A stretch of DNA of 58,491 nt, counting the filler, from Sphacelaria rigidula (Eukaryota), in assembly GCA_964200075.2 (NCBI GenBank). It is 5 parts of 5 records of this genome, joined end to end, with 100 filler letters (N's around TTAATTAATTAA, not from the genome) between each part and the next. Parts side by side here need not be neighbours in the genome. Positions count along the whole stretch, not along the records: positions 35,159 to 46,775 come from CAXNAA020004698.1; positions 46,876 to 58,491 come from CAXNAA020004699.1; 3 more parts are not named here. One strand, given 5' to 3'. The stretch's first letter is position 1, and every line of letters begins with the position of its first letter. The position numbers were made by a program, and so were the translations under genes. A model generated the notes under the pieces. The model was not told the origin of the DNA and did not search any database. It saw only the letters and a list, made by a program, of their open reading frames with translations. Positions 37,346-48,784 of this stretch are shown piece by piece.

Positions 37346-40300
37346 TGTCTGCAACCTGCAGATCTATTCCTAGACTGACCTACCTCGTAGCTATCTGGTA
37401 CCCAACGAGACTCACTCTGTGGATGACCACCTATCTGGTTGTGCCGCACCCCCACACTACTCCCGCAAAGCCAGACTCAACAGCTACAGCACCGACACAG
37501 CGCTTGCGGTAGCCAGTCTCCCGTGGGAGCACAGCAAAGTTTTTGGGACCCAAGGCGTTTCTCGTACGTCTCGGTTGATTCTCAACTTGTTCGGAATCCA
37601 CTCTCGTTTTGCCTCACTTTACACCGTTTGATCTGCCTTACTTTCTTCATCTTCCCCCTTCGCGGAGTTTGGGTTATTGTAGTGAGTGTTTCCGTTTTGT
37701 ATTTAACTTCTTAGGCTCGTCTATCCTGTGACGACGGCTACATCCTTCGGGCATCAGTGAAGGTGCGGCAATCGAGTTGAATAAAACTCGGTTAGAACTG
37801 GGCCATCCCGACTTGACCTTGATGTCAGTAAACGTTGAGTTAGAGAAGATTCAGCCTCACTTAGACATTATATAACCTTTTTGGGCATTCGCGTTGATTT
37901 TTCGACTAAGGGGCACTATTCACGGGACTTTTTTCAAGACTTTGAAAACTTTTCCCCAAAACTTCGAGTTTTTTTTTTCTTTCCGAGTTGTCCAAACACA
38001 CAATTGCTGACAAACAATTCACGCGCTAGATTTTCGGAGTGATCTGTGGTCAGTCTTGAATCGATCTATCCCTTGACCTGGTTGAGAAATCTGATCTAAC
38101 ACCTTTGGGAACATAATTTGCTTTTTTTGTTCCCTGCCCAAAATCAAAGTTGGAGATGTCTGAAGAATAAGTCCGGTTAATGAAACCCGCAAGACTCTCA
38201 ACCGAAAAATAAGCAGATGTGATAACAAGAAAAGAGACATTTTTTTGTAAAGTCCGGATTGGTTTCATGCAGTGCCAACTGTGGGTGGAAATAGGTCACC
38301 AGCGGTGGCCACGAGCGTCCAACATGGGCCGCAAAACACCCCCACCCCCACAGCCACACCCCGCGGAAAACAAATCCAGAGGATAGCACGCCACATTTTT
38401 TCGCTGTGCCTTCAAATCTAGCCCTCGATGGATTCAGAGAATTGCAAGTGGGACGCTCTGAAACATATCCTCAACGGGTACACGAGGATTGAAGTGATGT
38501 TATCGAGCTGATGAGTTATTGACCTGCTCAGGTCTATCTGCACGTGACGCTTGAGTATACACAACGGGTAGTGCAGTTTCAAGTCTGACTTATCTATCTC
38601 ACGTGTGTGCTCCTACATGATCATGTTCAAGCTGTACAGTGGCAAGAAAAACGTCACTCTCAAGGCACTGTTTTTTTCTTTGATGGGGTGGAAATTCCGA
38701 CTTGTCAACTTATACCGAAGATCTCGTCGCGGGCTTTCCAACTCAGACGTTTCTGTTGGTGCACTCATAAGTGAAGGGCCCCAAAATATGTGAGAGCTTT
38801 TATCAAACAAAGGAAAGTTTGAGGGCTTCGCACCTTTCTCGGCACCAACTACGAATGCACACACACTACGGGCACCAGGTGTAAGTCTGTGAGCACATCT
38901 TTTTCTCCCGGAACTAACAGTCGAGGAGATAGCTAGTGGTACAACTTCTCCAAGACGATGTGTCGTTGGCGTCCACCTTTTTCAACCTCTAATTGACTTC
39001 CCTTCCGACCCGCTCATGTCGCTCGTCACGCTTGGTCTACAACACTATCATATTCTCAATACTACTTACTGCTAGGCACCCGGGATAAGCGGTTGCCTAG
39101 TCGGGTGGGGTACCAGGTTGGACATAATTCAGGTGGGGTTCGCGGTTTCCACGAACGCCGTATCCATCCAACTATTTCTGTTTCGGAACCTTCTCTCTGA
39201 ACTTCAGCCCTGAACCCCAATTATAGGGCTTGAATATGGAGCTACATAGCCGTTCTGGCTAGGCTGAGTCACACTGGCTATAATACTCACTCTCCAACTG
39301 AGTGATGCCGCGATACTGTAGCCTCTCCCAAACCAGCGCCATAACCGTCACGAACAAAATGGACACACAGAGGATGATAGCTCGTTTCACACTGCATCAA
39401 TCACCTCGTTTGGGCGATATTGGCGACAATGATCTCAAGCTTGCGAGTTCCAGGCTGCTTTGTGTGCCCGGCGTTTGTCATTCTGGTTCACATATAGACT
39501 TCGCCTCCTCAAAGCAGCCACTTTCCTGAGGGGGGCTAACGCGGCATCACTCAACCATTCCTTTTGGTACCTCGCCCTGAACCGTACTGGCTCCGGTTTC
39601 TGGACCGTACCTGCCGACGCCTTGTTCTGAACCGCGCTGACTCCTAGTGTACATTGTCGTGTAGAACATCTTACTTGGACAAGCTTTCGATCAATACCTC
39701 GCTCGTGCTGGGAATCGACGTCCCACACGGCCTTCAAAACCAAGCAAAATGCAGCCTTGGTTCTGCTCGGTCATCATCCATTCTCCCTTTCCTTTCCACA
39801 CAAATGTAATTTCTGCTGTATAGCCCGTACAGGGGTCTTGAAAGGCGTGTCAGGCAAAGGAATCTTAGCCCACCGCAGGTTGTAAGTATTAGTTATCGCA
39901 CATACACTGATCCTTGAGGGACCCAGCCGTGTTGGTTAGTCACAAGATAGGCGTACTCCATGTAAACGACACGGACCGCTCCCTGAGGCATGAACGAAAC
40001 AAATATAGAGCAAACGGAATGAACGGAAGGAAAACGAGACACAAAACAGAAATACCGAAGAAACAGAAAGTGGGGTAGAAAGGAAAGAGAAGGGAAGGGA
40101 AGGGAAATGGTTGTGGAATGTAGGCCGGTGACCAAAAATAAGATGTGATGGAATGATTGGCTCTCGCTCTCTATCGTGGGGTAAAAGACCACACCAACTT
40201 TTGAAGCTCTGTCACATCAATGACCACTGCGCGATCCGCAAAATGAAGCGTAATGATGGCTTCTCACTTTGGCCCGTGAAGGAGCTCACGTCGCCTGATT

Positions 40301-40524
40301 TCGTCGGGGTCCACTGCGACAAGCGTTTATCCTTGCGTGCTAGCGCTGGGCAGGCCGAGCTCGTTCCCGATGGGTCGCTCACCGCTTTGTGTAGCAGCTC
40401 GCATCAATCTCAGCTGGGCAGGCTTTCTCCAGAATCTGCGATGCGCACAGTCCCTTTTCTGCATGCACAAACCTCCTTTCGTGGGTGCCTACAAACTTTC
40501 TTTTTTCGCCGATACTGAATTCAG

Positions 40525-40650
40525 GTGGAGCTGACAGGGCTTCCCGGTCCTCGCTACATCGACGAGCAGAGCGTGGCGGTGAAGGGATCGGGATACTGCA
40601 CCATCCTGGATGTTTCGTTCTCCGAAGGTTCTGCCGTCGTGCCCGAACAA
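40525..40650 (+). CDS. DUF4140/DUF4139 protein exon: VELTGLPGPRYIDEQSVAVKGSGYCTILDVSFSEGSAVVPEQ
   Basis: DUF4140-type GLP..ID..SV.V.G.G..TILDV motif; ttcag| acceptor, CAA|gtgaga donor. Confidence 0.82.
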
Positions 40651-40959
40651 GTGAGACAGAGGAACACAAGACGCGGTCACGCTAGTTGACAGCACAAACG
40701 CGCCCGATATGCATAGTATAGTATCTACGAGGAGGTTCGAGAAGAAGCCATTCCGTTGGCTACACTACAACAAATGGTTGAGGCTATCCGCAGCACTGTT
40801 GTGCATTCGTTTGTACAGGATCTGTCGCTCACCCATCCACAACGGTGGTGATGGCCAGTAGCCAGGGGCCTGGCCTATGTTGTACGAAATGTTGTACGAA
40901 GTGTTTTATGGATGGATGGATTAATTATTTTATTGATCGGTTGATTGCTTTATTGAATG

Positions 40960-41217
40960 AACCCTTTATACGGTAGTCCCCCCCCCCCTCTCCCAAAAAA
41001 GTTGCTGGTTTGGGCAGGCAAAATTTGCACGTCAACTGAAATGAAGAAGCCGAGCACAACGACAGCTGGAAAACCTCACGCTCGGGTTCGTTTTTACCAA
41101 TGCCACCCACATGAGGTGCTTCATGCAGTCTGAAGCCAAACATTAGGCGTTCCATGACCGTGTTCATGACAGTTTTAGGCTGGTTTCTTGGGGGGGAGTA
41201 CGACCGTAGTAAGACTC
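40960..41217. mobile_element. MITE family A, diverged copy
   Basis: Internal homology to 4013-4263; ends AACCCTTTATACGGTAG / CGACCGTAGTAAGACTC; flanks AATG/ATTG (TSD with 1 mismatch). Confidence 0.75.
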
Positions 41218-42164
41218 ATTGGTTGATTGCGCACGTTGACTGAAGGCTGTGGAATATGTTCATACCAGTAGTCGCAAGATAGGCCGTAGTTATACCCAAC
41301 GTACAGCAGAACGAAATCACTCGCTAACGGAAACTCGAAAAACGATGAGACGAAGAAATGGAAATGCAAGCACGTTACGTGCGTGAGTACTTGGAAAACA
41401 GACCATCGGCCGAAACTCCAACCTTGTGAAGAATACCTCTGCTCAATAGTACACAGTTTACGTGAAGTGACTACTACAGCAGCTACTGAGGGGATAATCG
41501 ATCGCGAGTGAGGCACATACCATCTGTTCGCCACATAACGGGCAGCGCCCGGTGTCAGCCTGAAGAAAAACTGTTCCTGATTCTCAAAACCCGTGACCGT
41601 GCGATGAATTAAGGTATTGTGCAGAAAGTTATGCGTTAGGGTATCATCCACCTATACGGCCTGCTACGAAAGACTTAACGTGCTCTTCATAGTACTGTGC
41701 TGCTAGATATGGGCCACACCTCATACTCGTCCGCATCGGAATAGTGGCCTAAAGGGTAGACTTTGCACATTCTGCACAATGTAGGGACTCGGATGAAGGT
41801 AATCATCAACAGTGAATCGCCTACAATATGCAACAGATTCTCAGCATAGCCGGATACAGCACGTGCAGGTAATCCGGCAATTCTCCTGGTCATCTTAGAG
41901 GTAACCGGGTAGTGCTATCTTGTATTTTGTTTAGCAGTACAGGATGTGTACATAGACGACTCCCCGAATTTCCGGAGGTGCGTCGAGGGTGATGGTCGGA
42001 CAGCAGTTAGAATCTGGAGGGTGGGCACGCATGTTGCGATGAAGATCAGATAATATGTGAGACTCGTCATCGTGTTGCGAAGCAAGGGGATCGAAATTTT
42101 GTGGACCGGGGGAGGCTGGCATTATCGTCCAACATTCATGTAGAATATCCACCGGGAACTTCCG

Positions 42165-42400
42165 CTTGGGATATGGACATCCATCTGGGATATAGACATC
42201 CATTTGGGAGATTCATCAGGGGTATCCATATCCCCGGTGGATATCTCAGAACAGTATCCATATTCCGGGTGGATACCCCTGATGGATATGGTATCGTAGA
42301 TGGATATCCCCGATGAATGCCCATATCTCAGACAGCCACCCATCTGTCATGTGGTATCTCAGATGAGTATCCATCTGGGATATCTGCATCCCACACGGAT
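42165..42400. repeat. Palindromic GGATA/GGATG-CATCC array (related to 5389-5692)
   Basis: For example GGGATATGGACATCCATCTGGGATATAGACATCC. Confidence 0.75.
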
Positions 42401-42561
42401 GCTGCACGATGGTGCAAGAGCGTGTGGATTGAGCAGCCACGCGGTGATATTGCGTGGTCGACTCGCGGCGCGTCTTCCTTAGTTCTGCCACAGTACCACC
42501 ACGTACTACCACTGAACGCACCGATTGTTGGGTACTTTTTCCACGCTTGCTGCTCACACAG

Positions 42562-42684
42562 ACTGAAGAAGAGATAGAGAAAACGGTGGTCGAGATGGAA
42601 ATGTTTGAGAACGAGAGGCAGGCTCTGACCGTCAAGCACCAGGTGCTCACCGTGCAGCTTCAAAGGACCGAGCAAAAGCGGGAG
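42562..42684 (+). CDS. DUF4140/DUF4139 protein exon (coiled coil): TEEEIEKTVVEMEMFENERQALTVKHQVLTVQLQRTEQKRE
   Basis: cacag| and GAG|gtgaga; phase 0. Confidence 0.8.
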
Positions 42685-43044
42685 GTGAGACATTGACCAC
42701 CCACCACTAAAGTCATTGCTGTTGTATCAGAGTTGGCTAATGCCGAATAACAATGAGCACAACGGCGCGACGATGTCGAGAGGACACCTCCACAAGGAAA
42801 GGATGCCATGATGGCCCTTGAGTGTGCTCACTTTCCACGTGTCTTGTTGAGCCTATATATCGCCATGACAAAAATGGGCCGCACCATTGAGTGCCGGCCA
42901 TACATGCAGAGCTGGGCTCGGTAGTGATTCTGTCTTCTCTACACTACACGCCCCCCACCGTTTGCTTGTCGAACTCAACAACTTCTACGTGCATATGGTG
43001 TTTTCCCCCGTTGCTCCTGTTGTTACGTGCTGATGGCGTTCCAG

Positions 43045-43220
43045 CTCGTAGACACCTTTGCGCGACGCGCTACGACCGCGGTCCCGTCGAGCGGTAGTGA
43101 TGACAAGGGCGAACAGGGCTTGCTGGATGTGAAGGGTGTGAGCAAGGCCATCGAGTTTTGGGAGGAAAAAGCCGTGCAAACCGATGAGGAAATACTTCGT
43201 CTGAAGACGGAACAGCAAAG
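43045..43220 (+). CDS. DUF4140/DUF4139 protein exon: LVDTFARR...AIEFWEEKAVQTDEEILRLKTEQQ
   Basis: ttccag| and AG|gtttgg (phase 2); coiled-coil linker typical of the family. Confidence 0.8.
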
Positions 43221-43527
43221 GTTTGGCACAGTAAAAATAGATTTTCGGGGAATATAGCAAACTACAGAAATCGTCCTGTGTTGACCTGTCAGTCTCAAAA
43301 AGCGTGCGTGTTTGGTGACGGGGACTTTCGCACGGGCAGTAAGCATCTCGACCGTCCATTCAATCGAAATGTCTCACAATGAAATCATCCCCACTACCAC
43401 AGTCCATGGAATCAAGCCGCTTGCCCAGCACGCCGGTATGGCTTCTGCCCCATTTTGCGTTCCACTTGAGCAGCTGGACCCCTCGTCCTAGGACTGCCCG
43501 TGATTAACATACTCTGCATCTTGACAG

Positions 43528-43657
43528 GGTGAGGGATGAGCTTGGCAACTTGTCAGCCAAGAGCGTTTTCCCTGTCCAGCCACGTGCGGCGCCGCAGCAC
43601 CAAGCGAAGGTAGTCGTCAGCCTGAAGGTGGAGGAGACTGGCCCCATCGAACTGGAG
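43528..43657 (+). CDS. DUF4140/DUF4139 protein exon: VRDELGNLSAK...KVVVSLKVEETGPIELE
   Basis: gacag| completes the phase-2 codon; GAG|gtgtgg donor. Confidence 0.8.
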
Positions 43658-44124
43658 GTGTGGAAGTTGGTCGTCGCGTGATGTCGTATGTAACGGATTG
43701 ACACGGTGGCTAAGGGACTCAGCGCCTGGTGTAGTAGTACGTGAAACCACAGAGAGAGAGAGTGAAATACGTAGTCACAGGCAAGGAAATAGGCATGTTA
43801 GAATGTGCACGGATTGCGCCGGATGAACCAAGATGTGCTGAAGCGCTAAGTTTCGATATGGAGGAAAACGTACCATCGAAGGTCTGTCGGGTTTCTGTAG
43901 AATCTCCGACCGTCCACCCGTTGTATCGTATTACGACTCTCTCGACCTTTCACGATGTAGTGGATTTCGAATGAAGCTGACCAGTCTCCGATTGCATCCT
44001 ACCGTCGTCTCCGCAGTCCACACGTGCCTTCGTCCCTCCCGAAACACCGTACCAAGGCTCCCTCGGTGCGGGTGCAAATCTATACGTCACGCGATACGGG
44101 CGATGATTTCCCGTGACCGTGCAG

Positions 44125-44251
44125 GTGAAGTACATGATCCGCGGAGCATCGTGGTCGCCGGCGTACGACCTGAGGGTGGACACTCAAACCGACTCCATGT
44201 CGTGCACGTACTACGGGACGGTGTCTCAGAAAACTACAGAAGATTGGGAAG
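44125..44251 (+). CDS. DUF4139 domain exon: VKYMIRGASWSPAYDLRVDTQTDSMSCTYYGTVSQKTTEDWE
   Basis: Hallmark Y....ASW.P.YDLR...Y...V.Q.T.EDW motif; gtgcag| and G|gtaacg (phase 1). Confidence 0.92.
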
Positions 44252-44704
44252 GTAACGGCAACGCCCTCGCCTACAGTAGTAAGGGCTTTAATTCTGGTAC
44301 CACCCGCTGGTACGGGACAGCTAGTAGTACTGTAGAAGGGCTTCATCCCTTCTCTCTGAACTGCAGGTTGGAGTGGCGTTTAGATCTACGTCGTATGCGC
44401 ACTGCCACACATGCTATCGAAACTGTATATCATGACGTATCTAAGGTATTAGTGCTGAATTATTCGCAAAGAAGCTTCATGATGTCCCTACCATTTTCGC
44501 CAGGGTGTGCGATGCTCCAGTGGCTATCATGCACGTAAACATAGATGGTCCTAAGCGTGGACCAGGACAAACTTGAAAGCAGAAAACGCGTATACACGGA
44601 TCGCCCCCTTTGCCGAGACTCTCCTGAATCGAGATCTGCGTGTGAGTCATTTCCCCTGCTAACCCCGCGGAATATCTCTTCAACCCGTGATGCTGGTCCT
44701 ACAG

Positions 44705-44808
44705 GCGCGGCGCTGAGCCTGTCAACGGCCGAGCCTGGCGTCAAAGGAACGCCACCGATCCTAGGAACCAAGACAGTATTCCTGAAACCGGAAGACGACA
44801 TTAACGCG
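44705..44808 (+). CDS. DUF4139 domain exon: AALSLSTAEPGVKGTPPILGTKTVFLKPEDDINA
   Basis: L.LSTA.P motif follows EDW as in the family; ctacag| and GCG|gtacgt; no further exons were recognised before the contig ends. Confidence 0.88.
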
Positions 44809-46456
44809 GTACGTGCAGAATAAGGGCCTTGCTGGCTTTGTTGGTTTCGTCAACTGTGTTGGATGTGCAGGATTTGCTGACACTGTTGGAAGTTGTGGTT
44901 AACCCGTCCGATGAACTCCCTGCCAGCTCAGCCGTTGACCCCGTACTGGTATAGTTGGCGGCCTATGATGCTCCCGCATACCGTGCACAAGAAAACATGC
45001 AGTGGGGGTTGTTAGCCCAGGATGGGATGGTAGTTAAAAGATCGATACTAGTGGATTTCTCCCCATTGTGAAGTTGATGCATCCACCGGGTGCACCCTGG
45101 TGGGCTCTGCCCTCACTAATCGAGCGTCGCCACCAGACAAAAAATGGCCAACTCTTGCCGATTTTGTTGTGAGTTTGGCTTCACGAAATCTATATAGGTT
45201 CACCTCTTCACTTCTATACGCAGCCGTGACCTAGTGGCGAAGATATACGGTCCAATTTAAACCTGGCAGATGAGTAAGAGCGGAAGATTGCGGGTTCGAA
45301 GCCTGGGAGAGGCAGATGGGTCTGGATTGTTTTCTGAGAGATATCCGATTTCTGCCAGTGTAAGCGTGAGGTCGTGCATAGCAAAGAGAGTTCTTGTCAC
45401 GAGAGTCAACGAGGTGCAGGAGTGCTGATGGTCATGATCCAACCCGCGACAAGAAAACATGCGACGTGTACCAGGTGAAAGATGGGCTGCTCCCTTGAGA
45501 CCGCGGATCCGTCCCGCGAAAGGGAGGTGTAGTCATGATCTTGCATACCGTCGGCATAAGACCATTTACCTCACATCCTCACATAGCCGGAACAGAGTAC
45601 GCTAGATTTTCGCCGGACCAAGCTGGCACTCAATCACCAAGAGCGAAGACCCGTGATTGTTTGATGAGTCGTATGGAGGGAGAGCAACACCCTGGTAAGA
45701 ATGTTCGGCCCGAAGCGTACCGATTGTCTTGCATATGAATGACAATCTCGAATGAGTTGCTTCATATTCTCGTATCGTCACTTCCAGAGACAGTCACGAG
45801 TTACACACCGTGTCATAGGTGCCTCATCGCATTGAAACACTACGTAGTACGATTATTTCCCTTTGCGCGGAGTTTGGGTTCTCTATTCCCCGCGCAATAT
45901 GATCCAGCTCGACCATCATCATGTTTACCGCAATAGAAAACGCAAGCGAATAAAACCCGGCAATCTGGTTGCCTAGCTAACGCAGTAAGTGGCGTGTTTT
46001 ACAGCGTCGGTACCAACCGAAGCCAACCCTCAAAAGGGGGGAAGTGAGGGAGGAAGGAATGACAGTGTGACGAGTAGATATATGTACAAGGGACGCGGCG
46101 GCTTTCGCCGCACACTCTGTGGGTAGAACTCCAGGATACTTGAGCGCCGGTGCGTCGCGTAATTGCACACGACATAATTTTACGAAAAAGCCGTAGCTAC
46201 TCATCAGCTGATCACGTTATGAGTGACCTTGCACAGGTCTTTTTCGAATTCAATGAGAAACGGTGTTTCGTGAGGGACGCGCGCACAACACAGGCACGGA
46301 AAGGGTCAACACCCGTTCAAATAGTGCCGATTCAAATTTGTAAAAGGAGTAACCGTTGGTGTTTCTTGAAGCTTTCCCCACAGAGATTAGAGCCGTACGG
46401 AACAGAAGATCCGAGACGAGAATTTGAACCAGTTTTGAGAGCGGGCCACGAAGTGC

Positions 46457-46496
46457 ATACTCATTTGTTGCTTGCCTTGGTCATTCGACCATTGAC
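46457..46496 (-). mobile_element. M1 repeat fragment interrupted by MITE-B
   Basis: ATACTCATTTGTTGCTTGCCTTGGTCATTCGACCATTGAC followed immediately by the MITE-B terminus. Confidence 0.7.
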
Positions 46497-46775
46497 GAGC
46501 CATCCTACGGTAGGGGGGTATTTCGAAACGTTTTTCCACGAAAGCAGCAACGGTTGTTCAAACGCCCTTAATACCTATGAACGTCACTCGTTCATACTAC
46601 TTGACACGGTTTCCACCAAAATACAAGGGCACCGTGAGTGTGTTAGGTCGTCTGACACACCAATGAGCCTTTGAGCCTTTTTTCGTGGAATGATTCCCCC
46701 CCACCCCTGTGCTCCGTCTCGAAAGGGATGCGTGGTCAATGGTCAAACGACTAAGGCAAGCAACAAATGAGTACG
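46497..46775. mobile_element. MITE family B (right end lost at the contig break), containing an M1 copy at 46709-46775
   Basis: Starts GAGCCATCCTACGGTAGGGGGGTATTT; internal homology to 56667-56990. Confidence 0.8.
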
Positions 46776-46875
46776 NNNNNNNNNNNNNNNNNNNNNNNNN
46801 NNNNNNNNNNNNNNNNNNNTTAATTAATTAANNNNNNNNNNNNNNNNNNNNNNNNNNNNNNNNNNNNNNNNNNNN
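46776..46875. other. Artificial contig linker
   Basis: Same 100-nt N/TTAATTAATTAA pattern. Confidence 0.98.
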
Positions 46876-46943
46876 CGACGATCTGACTCGAAATTTCGAG
46901 CAACAAATGGCCCAAAATACCCCCCCCTATCGTAGGATGACTC
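46876..46943. mobile_element. MITE family B terminal fragment (at contig start)
   Basis: AAATGGCCCAAAATACCCCCCCCTATCGTAGGATGACTC matches the reverse complement of the 56667 terminus. Confidence 0.8.
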
Positions 46944-47804
46944 AAAAAAAGGTTGTTGATTGCTTGCGAACAGTCCGATATTAGGAAACCGCACTCCGCG
47001 TGCAATGTGCGCGGTTCAGATGTGTCTTTCATGTCACGGTCCTACTATATCTGGTGCCGCGGTACCTACCCATGTTAGCCAGGTACGTGTTCGCATGGTG
47101 TTTGCACTGTGTTAGCCAGGTACGTGATCGCACTGTCTTTGCATTTCAATGCTACGGTAGGGGTTGCACTTTTTGTTTCTAGGTCTCGTTTTTGTAGGAG
47201 CCCAAATATATGAGGCTTACTCTGCAACCCAAATCTCCGGGGACAGGACATGGAGATGCACACAGGGGCGTTTTGGTGAATCGGCATCATTTTCAGTCTT
47301 TCTCAAGTAAAAATGATGCCGATTCTCAAAATGATCCGTGCAACACCCCGAGAAACATTTTCGCTCAAAAAGTGCAATCCTACCGTAGCATCTCTCTGCA
47401 CTGCAGTGTCTTTGCACTGTCTGCAATTTCGTACCAAAGAACCCTGAGCGCACAAACAGGACTGCTCGAGCAGTTGTTCGGCTCATTCTGTGTGAGTCCG
47501 AATGAATTTATGACCAACATACGGGGCATCTATGCTGGAGTCATCCTGGCGGCGAAAAATCTTCAAAACATCTTCAACGCCCGACAAATGACGAATGGCC
47601 CCTAGTATGATTGATTGATGTGCGGCATTGTGAAAAGTCATTGCGCGGGTTATGTCGTTTGGATGCGCTTCCGCTCCCCGCCACAACATATCGCCACTAC
47701 ATTGGGATCTTCTCATCGGCCTACCTTTCGACACATCATATCGTCATTTCACTACATGGGACCGTCACTACACTGCAGGGGACTGTCACTACACTTCAGA
47801 GGAC

Positions 47805-48052
47805 GACACTTTCTACGATAGCCCCCCCCGAGAAAGTGCATGGTGTTGGGAGGCAAAATCTTCACGTAAATCGAAATGAGAAAAGCCGAGCACAACGAGA
47901 AGCTGGGAATTCCCATGCTTGGGTTCGTTCTAGCCGATGTCGCCAACATGAGGCGCTTCACGCAACCTGAACTTGAACATCAAGCGCTGTATGGCCATTT
48001 GTTTCGTGACACTTTTAGCTGGTTTTGGGAGCGAGCTATCGTAGAAAGTGTC
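47805..48052. mobile_element. MITE family A inserted in a 21-bp tandem repeat
   Basis: TIRs GACACTTTCTACGATAGC / GCTATCGTAGAAAGTGTC; flanks GGAC/GAAC split a GGACTGTCACTACA unit of the repeat at 47758-47804. Confidence 0.9.
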
Positions 48053-48784
48053 GAACTGTCACTACATGAGTTTCTTCACGTCGGGAAATTGGGGGCAACC
48101 AGTGCCGTTGCTCGGCAGCAGTAGATACACCGATTGCATAAGTGATTATATGCGGGGCTCACGCCTTGATTTTGTATTGTCCACCCTTTGACTACTGTAG
48201 TGTTTCGTCGCGTTCGGTTCTTCCCTTCGCAGTGACCTATGGCTCTATTTTAGTTATATGTTTTCTATTTTCGTTTTGTTGAGGTTTGGGGGGGGGAATA
48301 ATTTTTTGTATCTCATTTGTTTTGGCACAACGGCCCTTATTTACTTGATTGATGGGATATTTGATTCGTTACGCCAGGTTATATTTTTCCAATTTTTTCC
48401 CCGCTACTGTCACACGGGTGTCTCATATCTCTGTGTGCCTTCTTTTCCGCTGTAGTCCTTTCGAAAGCAGCCACTTCCATGCGGCATATAAGCATCATAT
48501 GATCTCACACTAACAATACGTTCCCCCGTCCGCCCCTGCCGCTTTCGCTGTTCGATTTTGCTCGTCCCGTACGCACCTGCGCAATGCTACGACTCATATC
48601 ATGGTCGTCGGTGTCGCACCATACCGTTTCGATGACCGGGACCTCCTCCCTTATCGCCATCTCGCATGTGCGAACACCAATGCGTGTTTTTTCACCATTC
48701 TTACTATGACTTTTCCCGCACAACTTACTCATGTTTCGCTACCTCCGCCCGTTATCGCGTGCCGCTTTTCGACGATTGATAGAG

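Noticed and set aside
39435-39743. Coding exon or retroelement domain
   Set aside because: No recognisable motif or consistent splice sites.
48060-48500. 5' LTR and PBS of the Gypsy element (TGGGGGCAACC near 48090)
   Set aside because: Not preceded by a CA LTR end, and no convincing direct repeat with the region after the putative PPT/TG at 56469-56483; the LTR pair could not be defined.
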